Assembly (NCBI GenBank): GCA_030649135.1
Contig: JAUSGI010000002.1
Span: 1 to 64,000, forward strand
DNA from: a bacterium
GTDB taxonomy: Bacteria > Patescibacteriota > Minisyncoccia > Phycocordibacterales > Zambryskibacteraceae
DNA length: 64,000 nucleotides
Direction of reading: 5' to 3'
The translations under genes and the position numbers were made by a program. Shown here piece after piece: positions 57,530 through 64,000 of this stretch; position 1 is the stretch's first letter; every line of letters starts with the position of its first letter. The notes under the pieces were generated by a model. It ran no database searches. It saw nothing but the letters and a program-made list of their open reading frames with translations, and was not told the origin of the DNA.

Positions 57530-58195
57530 ATGACACGCCCAATTATATTATCAATCGGAGAATTTTATCACATTTATAATCGTGGCACTGAAAAAAGAAA
57601 GATTTTTTTATCCAAACATGACTACGAACGTTTTATAGCTCTTCTCTATCTTTGTAACTCCACTATCTCCGTCCGTATAGACATGCGACGCAAATCTTTA
57701 GATGAAACCCTCGATACTGACCGTGATAAGAATCTGGTAGATATTGGTAGCTACTGTTTAATGCCCAACCACTTTCATATTCTACTTAAAGAAAGAGTTG
57801 AAAATGGTATTAGCCTATTTATGCAAAAATTAACTACGGCTTATACTATGTATTTCAATAAAAAATACGAACGTAACGGATCTCTTTTCCAAGGAACTTT
57901 TAAGGCAGAGCATGCGGATAAAGACAGTTACTTGAAATATCTATTCGCATATATTCACTTAAATCCAGTCAAACTGATTGAACCCGAATGGAAGAAGGTG
58001 GGTATCAAAAACCGCACAAATGCTAAGCAGTTTCTGAGAAATTACCCTTATTCTAGTTATTTTGAATATACCGGAATCGACAGAAAATGGAAGACTATTC
58101 TAACGCCTAAGGCGTTTCCAGACTATTTTGATACTACCGATGGCTTTCAGAAAATGATTGATTACTGGCTTGAGTTTAGTTCTGAACAATCCTAG
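57530..58195 (+). mobile_element. IS200-like/REP-associated tyrosine transposase (Y1 HUH) gene, copy 1
   Basis: YHIYNRG, the HUH motif CLMPNHFHILLK, GSLFQGTFK and the catalytic-Tyr region YLFAYIHLNP. Flanked by AAGGTT-A/T-AACCTT palindromes (57485-57499; 58206-58220) and a 33-bp direct repeat (57408-57440; 58228-58260). The track's longer N-terminus (57353) reads as junk. Confidence 0.75.
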
Positions 58196-58266
58196 TGTAG
58201 TGCGTAAGGTTTAACCTTGTTCAAAAAGGTCATTTTTATCGACTTTCTGGGTAACTACCAATAATC

Positions 58267-59550
58267 TCATTGAGTTGGTGTGTCTGGGGTCTTTTCCGCA
58301 TTTTCAGTTTGCTCTTCTTTTTTCATAAGTTCAAATGCTTGGCCGAGATATCTCAATACATGGTGCCCGACAAGATAATGGAATAGGAGGCCAACCAGTC
58401 CGGCAAGAATGACGAGCAAGAGGAGATAAACGAGATTGTCTTTGATAAATTTGCTAATAAGCGATGACGACGAGACTGCCGCTGTGACATCTCTGATATT
58501 GCCGGCCTTATCGAAGACTCGCACCATAACGTTTAAGTCGCCGCGAGCGAGCGGTATCTGAAAAGGACTCTCCGTTTGGACAAAAACGGGGGAGACGGTA
58601 ACTGGTTGGCTTTTATCAATTATTCCGACCTCATAATAATCCACTCCCGACAGATTATCCGTAGTAAAGAAAGAGATTATCGACCGTTCGACCAAATTCA
58701 CCGCTGCCAACAAATAACTAACTTCCGGTTTGAAGTCTGCCGGCGGGACAGTGTCAATTCTTATCAGAAAATGCCCAGTCGTCCCCCAGACTCCATTTTT
58801 ATTGGCTTTAATATGAAAATACCATAAGCCATCGGCCAAACTTTCAAACGCTTCTGAAGTCTCGTTGGCAGTAATGGAGTTCTCTGGGATTGTGGATGGT
58901 TTATCATCCAAAATATAACTAAATCCCGAAACGCCGGCATCCCGATCCCATGAGATTACCGGACTGTCATTGTTGTACCACTCACCCTGGAACGGATGGG
59001 TCTCCGAGAAGACCTTCACCCCTTCCGGAGCCTTCGGCACAATCGCATATTCCGCCCTGCCCAACTCTACTTCGGCTTCCGTACCTTGGCCATCATTCAA
59101 GAGTACTTTTGAATTAGCGCCAAAAGAGACCGTTGCCCAGCCAGTCCTCTTGGCTTTAAAAGTGATTGTCCCCACTAAACCGGAGTTCGTAGTAATACCG
59201 TCCGGTATGACACCGACATAACTGGCCGTACCGCGAGTGTTATCGTAACTTGGCGGTTCCACCCAGACACCGATAATAGAGAGGCCGCTCGACGGTTTTA
59301 TGATTTCCAGCTTATCTTTGTCGAAGTTAACCCTGATTTCAATACCATTGATTTCGGCGCCGTCTGTATCGACTAGAATCGGGATATTGAAGGTTGAGTT
59401 CTCGACAAAGCTGGCGGCACGGGGAGAGAATGAAAGTTCGATTTTCGGAATTAATTGCGAGACATCCAGAGAGACTGTCTCGGCGTATGTATGAGACCAG
59501 ATGAGAGCCGTGAGAACAAACAGTAGAAGTATTCTTGAAATACGTGCCAT
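58267..59550 (-). CDS. Cohesin-domain surface protein with signal peptide and C-terminal TM anchor
   Basis: Signal peptide MARISRILLLFVLTALIWSHTYA. The N-terminal ~140-aa beta domain parallels the next gene (SVGDTFSV... LSF... LQV pattern). A second beta module resembles the 60489 gene. C-terminal TM helix LVYLLLLVILAGLVGLLF followed by a charged tail. Confidence 0.6.
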   Translation of the reverse strand: MARISRILLLFVLTALIWSHTYAETVSLDVSQLIPKIELSFSPRAASFVENSTFNIPILVDTDGAEINGIEIRVNFDKDKLEIIKPSSGLSIIGVWVEPPSYDNTRGTASYVGVIPDGITTNSGLVGTITFKAKRTGWATVSFGANSKVLLNDGQGTEAEVELGRAEYAIVPKAPEGVKVFSETHPFQGEWYNNDSPVISWDRDAGVSGFSYILDDKPSTIPENSITANETSEAFESLADGLWYFHIKANKNGVWGTTGHFLIRIDTVPPADFKPEVSYLLAAVNLVERSIISFFTTDNLSGVDYYEVGIIDKSQPVTVSPVFVQTESPFQIPLARGDLNVMVRVFDKAGNIRDVTAAVSSSSLISKFIKDNLVYLLLLVILAGLVGLLFHYLVGHHVLRYLGQAFELMKKEEQTENAEKTPDTPTQ

Positions 59551-59559
59551 TATTATTAT

Positions 59560-60537
59560 CTAATCCCCGAGATCCTTCTCAGCGTGGACAACTTCCTGAT
59601 GGATGATTTTTTCAGCATCTGCCAAGTTCTGCTTTAGGCGATGCGTGATTGTCTCTTCTTCCGCGGTTAGCTTCCGTTTATCGCGGGTCCGCTCCAAAAT
59701 ATGGAGGCTATCACCGACATCCTCTTTCAGAAGTTCAAAAGATTTTCCCGTCAATCGGTCTATATTATGCAGGTCTTTCCTCATATCCTTCCGCAATCTC
59801 GATACATTGCCCGCCCCCTTCGCGGCAGTATGAGTGAGAAGGAATATAAGCGCGACAATGAGAGCGAGCAGGAAGAATAACGCCAGAAGCCAGCTTATGG
59901 CAGTTTTAAGCGACGGGGTGCCAAATGGAAGAGTGTCCGCTTCTTCCTCCTTATCAAGCGTTCCAAGATCAATGGCGGGTGCTAAATTGTCTTCTCCATC
60001 TGTACCATTAGTCTCGAGCACTGCTGGCGGAGTGACGGGAAGTTGCTGCTTTTGCTCCAGCGCAAACGAGGCAGTGCCGAGGGTCTTAAGAATATTGGTG
60101 CCATAGCCATCGTTGGCAAGAAGTGAACCCGATGTCAAGCGAATGAGGGCGTTACCCGTACCGACTACCTTAAAATTGACACCCAAAACCCTGCCGTTAG
60201 ATTCGCTAAAGCCGGGGTTAGGCACCACGCCCTCGAAAGTCACCGTGCCGCGAGAGTTGGAAAATGACGGTTCCTGGATCCAGAGCGATAGCACCGACCC
60301 AATCTTCGATATGGAAGTCACCTGCAGACTGTCCGCCGGGAATGACAGCACGCCGGAAACGGCATTGATGGACTGCTGGGGACTTGAGACCATGATGCGC
60401 ACCGAGAACGTATCCCCGACGGAGTACGTCCCAGTTAAGGGAGAGAGAAAAATAGTATCGGCAAAAACGCTCTTCGGTGATACGAGGACTAAAAGAATCG
60501 TGAGCGTAAAGAGCGCCTTAAGAGTAAAAGAACGCAT
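59560..60537 (-). CDS. Cohesin-domain surface protein with signal peptide, TM anchor and cytoplasmic tail
   Basis: TIFLSPLTGTYSVGDTFSVRIMVSSPQQSINAVSGVLSFPADSLQVTSI is the cohesin-like signature seen in many small-genome bacteria; TM helix ISWLLALFFLLALIVALIFLL. Confidence 0.6.
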   Translation of the reverse strand: MRSFTLKALFTLTILLVLVSPKSVFADTIFLSPLTGTYSVGDTFSVRIMVSSPQQSINAVSGVLSFPADSLQVTSISKIGSVLSLWIQEPSFSNSRGTVTFEGVVPNPGFSESNGRVLGVNFKVVGTGNALIRLTSGSLLANDGYGTNILKTLGTASFALEQKQQLPVTPPAVLETNGTDGEDNLAPAIDLGTLDKEEEADTLPFGTPSLKTAISWLLALFFLLALIVALIFLLTHTAAKGAGNVSRLRKDMRKDLHNIDRLTGKSFELLKEDVGDSLHILERTRDKRKLTAEEETITHRLKQNLADAEKIIHQEVVHAEKDLGD

Positions 60538-61238
60538 AACAATATTATAATACTAATCAAAACACTTGCATAATGGTATGGACCAGCTGTGGATGCATCT
60601 CTATGATTACCTGCCTTATCCACCGCGCGAATGTGTATCTTCTGGAAAGTCTCTAGGTGCGATAAAACTAAGGGTGATTCTGTTTCTATCCAATTTTCAT
60701 CTCTAGGACTAAGAAACCAAGTGGAAGCCGCCTCGTAGCGCTCGACGCCCGTGCCCTTGTCTTGAGCGGTAAACGAAATGAAATGTCTGCCGCCAAAAAT
60801 ATCCGGCGATGTTGATATTATAGGCTCAAAAGGTTCCGGTGGTACCGTATCTTCGGCTATTTCCGTTTGTCGTAAAGAGAGCCTGACCGAAACGCTTTCT
60901 CCGGAACCGTCATTTTTATATGCTTTTATGTTGTTGAAAGAGAAGCCGGCAATATTTGAAGCGTCAAAAGCAAAAAGCCGATATTTCCCCCTAAATCCGC
61001 CCGGTGTTATACCGGCAAACGGGATGGTATTTCCAAGCAGCTCCGGCGAGGTAACCCAGATAAGAACGGCTGAATTGCCGGTATAGATATTTTCCACGCT
61101 TACATTTGTTGGCAAAACTAAAGTTCCCTCAATGGCATTGATTGTTTCTGTACCCGTATCAACTTCAATCACGGCAGTAACTGCTCCAGCAAAGAGTGGT
61201 AGAGAAAAGAGAATGATTATGATAAGAATTTTTCTCAT
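60489..61238 (-). CDS. Secreted membrane-anchored module protein related to the C-terminal half of 58267..59550
   Basis: Signal peptide; ISFTAQDKGTGVERYEAA, TESPLVLS and IRAVDKAGNHRD parallel ISFFTTDNLSGVDYYEVG, TESPFQIP and VRVFDKAGNIRD; C-terminal TM helix. Confidence 0.55.
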   Translation of the reverse strand: MRKILIIIILFSLPLFAGAVTAVIEVDTGTETINAIEGTLVLPTNVSVENIYTGNSAVLIWVTSPELLGNTIPFAGITPGGFRGKYRLFAFDASNIAGFSFNNIKAYKNDGSGESVSVRLSLRQTEIAEDTVPPEPFEPIISTSPDIFGGRHFISFTAQDKGTGVERYEAASTWFLSPRDENWIETESPLVLSHLETFQKIHIRAVDKAGNHRDASTAGPYHYASVLISIIILLCVLLLLRRSLRSRFF

Positions 61239-61239
61239 A

Positions 61240-62580
61240 CTAGCCAGTCCAATTAAACGCCATTATAGAGAAGTCTACGAGATTGACCTTGCCATCGCCA
61301 TTGATATCAGCACTCTTGGGCGGAGCTGGCCTATTATACCAATAGGCAACAATGGAAAAGTCCACGAGGTTGACACGGCAATCGGCGTTCGCATCTCCTC
61401 GTTTATCGCACTTTTGGGGAGTTTTGGCAAAAAGAATACTGATGTTGCCGACAACGAAAGGCACTGCCAGGCTGTACGGGCTTATCTCATTTGCTTTAGC
61501 AGCTTTCGACTTGGTGCTATGGTCGCCATACTCGAGTGGTGTAGTATCAAAGTTGTAGAGATATATCCCGTTCACATCTGCCGGAGTTTTGGCGAAGAAC
61601 TGCTGGTCGGAATTTATTTGTATTGTTACTTCGCTTTGGTGAGCTACCTGACCGAATATGGTAATGTCATCCCCTTTTCTCACTTGCGATTTATCCACAG
61701 CCACAGTCGGCGCTATGAATATGCCGGTAATATCGGTGGTCACTCCTGCGGTTACGCTCACCGGGAATGTCAATAAAGATGACCTATTACCTTGATTGTC
61801 CTCGCTATATATGGAAAAGAAATAATTGCCGGCAGTCAGATTGGTAAGTGATGCCTGGAAATTGGACGTGGCGTCAGCAATTGTTGTGGCAGACACTTGG
61901 GCATCTTTAAGGATAGTGATGGGTCTTCTCGGATATGCTCGGCCGGAGAAATTGACCCCGCCTGTAGCATAGGTCGTCACGCCTCCTCCACCACCACCAC
62001 CACCCCCACCACCTCCGCCTCCTCCGCCATCATCATCGTCGTCAACCGGTGCGGTGGGGGTAGCGGAAACCTCGGTAGAAGTGGCAATGGTATTATCCAG
62101 AGCATCCAAAACCCTGACAACGAAGTAATATGTGGTGCCGGCAGTAAGCCCCGTGCGCGTGGAAGCAAGTACGTCACCAACATCTGTATAAGTATATGCA
62201 CCGCCGGCAGTAGTGGACTGACCCACCGAATATCCTCCTACCGCCCAGCCAGTCGAGGCATCCGCGGTCGTCCAAGTGAGTGACACTTGCTCGGCACCGG
62301 CGGTGGCCGTCACGGCAGGAGTGGAAACAAACGGAAAATAAAGAAAGCCACCAAAAAGTTGATAGAGACTGTTGGTGGTTGAAGTGCCAATCGCCATTTG
62401 GGAAATGACTGCGTTTAGTCTGAAACTAGTGGAAGTAGAGTATCCGCCGGAAAATAACACGGGGTTAGAGACCGTATAAGTATCGGAAGAAAAATCCTGC
62501 GCATAGGCGGCGTTGACGGTGAGAAAAAATAGAAAACATAAACTTAGAAGCGTTAGAAATCGTACTTGTGGAAAAAACAT
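61240..62580 (-). CDS. Secreted dockerin-containing protein with FN3/Ig-like domains and an Asp5-Gly16 linker
   Basis: Signal peptide. The C-terminus carries two Ca-binding dockerin repeats, DANADCRVNLVDFSIVA and DINGDGKVNLVDFSIMA. An in-frame (GGN)16 tract at 61985-62040 encodes the flexible linker. Confidence 0.65.
   Translation of the reverse strand: MFFPQVRFLTLLSLCFLFFLTVNAAYAQDFSSDTYTVSNPVLFSGGYSTSTSFRLNAVISQMAIGTSTTNSLYQLFGGFLYFPFVSTPAVTATAGAEQVSLTWTTADASTGWAVGGYSVGQSTTAGGAYTYTDVGDVLASTRTGLTAGTTYYFVVRVLDALDNTIATSTEVSATPTAPVDDDDDGGGGGGGGGGGGGGGGVTTYATGGVNFSGRAYPRRPITILKDAQVSATTIADATSNFQASLTNLTAGNYFFSIYSEDNQGNRSSLLTFPVSVTAGVTTDITGIFIAPTVAVDKSQVRKGDDITIFGQVAHQSEVTIQINSDQQFFAKTPADVNGIYLYNFDTTPLEYGDHSTKSKAAKANEISPYSLAVPFVVGNISILFAKTPQKCDKRGDANADCRVNLVDFSIVAYWYNRPAPPKSADINGDGKVNLVDFSIMAFNWTG
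61985..62040 (-). repeat. In-frame trinucleotide (GGN)n/(GAY)n simple-sequence tract encoding D5G16
   Basis: cctccaccaccaccaccacccccaccacctccgcctcctccgccatcatcatcgtcgtc on the plus strand. Confidence 0.8.
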
Positions 62581-62691
62581 ACTAAGTAATTATACAACAT
62601 AGTAACTGTGCAGAATATATAGTACCGAGTACTGAAAGCCGAGAGCTTTAGACTCTCACTAATACTGTATACTTATAGATATCTCCCAAAC

Positions 62692-63360
62692 ATGAGAAAG
62701 GAACCTATCATAACAAACCATTATTATCACATTTATAATCGAGGAGTGGATAAGCGTGACATATTTAGCGATATAAAAGACCTTAAACGTTTTAAAGAAA
62801 GTGTAAAACAGTTCAATCAAGTCGATGGCATAGGTAGCCTGGAACTATATCGCAAATCCGTGAGAGCTTTAGGCTCTCACTTTGAATTGAAATCGAAACC
62901 GATTGTGGATATTGTCGCCTTCTGCATAAATCCTAATCATTTTCATTTTATCTTAAAACAACTGGAGGACGGCGGAATAGCAAAATTCATGCAGAAATTA
63001 CTCGGTGGATACACATATTACTTTAATCAGAGACATGCACGTTCTGGTTCATTATTTCAAGGAACATTCAAGTCTAAACTAATCAACCACGATGACTATT
63101 TTAGAAAAATATTTGCGTATGTAAACCAAAATTATTCTGTTCATAACATACCAAAAAATAAATCAATTTTTATTTTTGCAAGCAATACAGAATACGAGAG
63201 TGGGCATTTTGATTTTGTTTCTAAAATCGAAGGACAGGAAATGTTAAAAATTTTTGGTGGAAAAAATAATCTTAAAAAACACTGCGAAGAAATTATATCT
63301 ATTATTCGAAAAGAACGTGGCAAAACTTCTCTAGAAGAACCAGACGAACTGCCTATGTGA
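62692..63360 (+). mobile_element. IS200-like/REP-associated tyrosine transposase (Y1 HUH) gene, copy 2
   Basis: YHIYNRG, HUH motif INPNHFHFILK, GSLFQGTFK, FAYVNQNY. Flanked by hairpins GAGAGCTTTAGACTCTCAC (62640-62658) and GTGAGAGCCTAAAGCTCTCAC (63360-63380). The latter is the exact reverse complement of an internal copy at 62867-62887. Confidence 0.75.
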
Positions 63361-63394
63361 GTGAGAGCCTAAAGCTCTCACTAAACAAACGATC

Positions 63395-63925
63395 TTATAG
63401 GAAGAGCCAGGTTTTTATTATAGGAGAAAGCCAGGATTCTTGCTCACGAAGAGCGGTCACTTCATAGAGAAATCCCTTATGGACAAACCAGACTTCCCAA
63501 GTCTCACCGAGCTTAACACTCTTGCTATAGAAAGACGTGGCGAGCACGCCATCAAGATAAAAAGTGGAGGGATTCTGTTTGATGCCGGACGGCACGTCCA
63601 GCAAGAAACGCTTATCACTTATCTTTTCCTCGCCATAGGGAACCACAAAAATCTGGAAACCCATTTTTTCGTCTTTATTTTCAAAAATAAAAGTCTTTGC
63701 CCCATCACCCTCATCGAACTCTCTTGCAATTGTGCCTGCCGGATAGAGCAGGGAGAAAATGTATCGTTCGCTTCGATATTCGTGCCACCCATCGGGCACG
63801 TCTCGCACGGCACCCGCTGTCCTGTTCTCGTCGTCTCCACCACGCTTTTCCGGTAAATAAAAAAATGCTCCGACAATAAGCCCGAGGGTTATAACAATAC
63901 CGACCACAATGCTTGTGTATTTCAT
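63395..63925 (-). CDS. Hypothetical membrane-anchored protein
   Basis: N-terminal TM helix (YTSIVVGIVITLGLIVGAFFYL) followed by a ~150-aa soluble domain. No motif recognised. Confidence 0.45.
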   Translation of the reverse strand: MKYTSIVVGIVITLGLIVGAFFYLPEKRGGDDENRTAGAVRDVPDGWHEYRSERYIFSLLYPAGTIAREFDEGDGAKTFIFENKDEKMGFQIFVVPYGEEKISDKRFLLDVPSGIKQNPSTFYLDGVLATSFYSKSVKLGETWEVWFVHKGFLYEVTALREQESWLSPIIKTWLFL

Positions 63926-64000
63926 ACTTTTACACATATAATTATATCACCGCACACCTTGGCACGAAACGGTGATATACTTTAAGAGAGTGGGTGGGTG

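Noticed and set aside
60489-60537. 49-nt overlap between genes 59560-60537 and 60489-61238 as a possible programmed frameshift or fusion
   Set aside because: Both ORFs have clean signal peptides and stops; an ordinary overlapping gene pair is more parsimonious.
61985-62040. Possible CRISPR or tandem-repeat array
   Set aside because: It is only a homopolymeric-codon (GGN)n tract inside a coding sequence. No repeat-spacer structure exists anywhere in the window.
63938-64000. 10-bp perfect inverted repeat TATATCACCG-N17-CGGTGATATA at the window end
   Set aside because: It may be an operator or hairpin for the 63395-63925 gene, but it is cut by the window edge and lacks context. Noted only.

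Overview
This low-GC (~38-42%) window has the gene content and architecture of a small-genome, Candidate-Phyla-Radiation-like bacterium; that placement is inference from content only. Almost every gene is on the minus strand.

The window opens with a giant surface-fiber gene (1..4229, minus strand) that runs off the window edge, which is why the ORF track omits it. Its product has an N-terminal excisionase-type HTH, a signal anchor visible only in another frame, a beta-helix-like part, Ser/Thr/Asn-rich tracts and about eight GNVGIGTTSP tail-fiber-like repeat modules.

A housekeeping block follows: lepB, a small MerR/excisionase-like HTH gene, gatB, obg, a MYG1 hydrolase, a DsbB plus thioredoxin-like pair, and secA.

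From about 12.4 to 57.2 kb lies a very large cell-envelope glycan locus. It encodes an O-antigen-ligase-like protein with a TPR tail, a Wzx flippase, a deacetylase, at least seven SAM methyltransferases, GT2/GT4/GT9 glycosyltransferases, two paralogous GT-C-like polytopic membrane proteins and GtrA. It also carries a CMP-sugar branch, a CDP-dideoxyhexose branch with an RfbH-like dehydrase, and a complete ADP-heptose branch (GmhA, a split HldE kinase and adenylyltransferase, HAD phosphatases, and a co-localised transaldolase). A B12-binding radical SAM enzyme and a WaaP-like kinase sit in the same locus. Five sharply GC-rich (55-60%) gene islands, each with its own GC-rich terminator, are embedded in it.

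The 3' end (57.4-63.4 kb) is the most unusual part. A four-gene cassette encodes two cohesin-domain membrane-anchored proteins, a related secreted module protein and a dockerin-bearing protein with a (Gly)16 linker. Two paralogous IS200-like/REP-associated tyrosine transposase genes in the same orientation bracket it, each flanked by its own palindromic REP-like hairpins or direct repeats.
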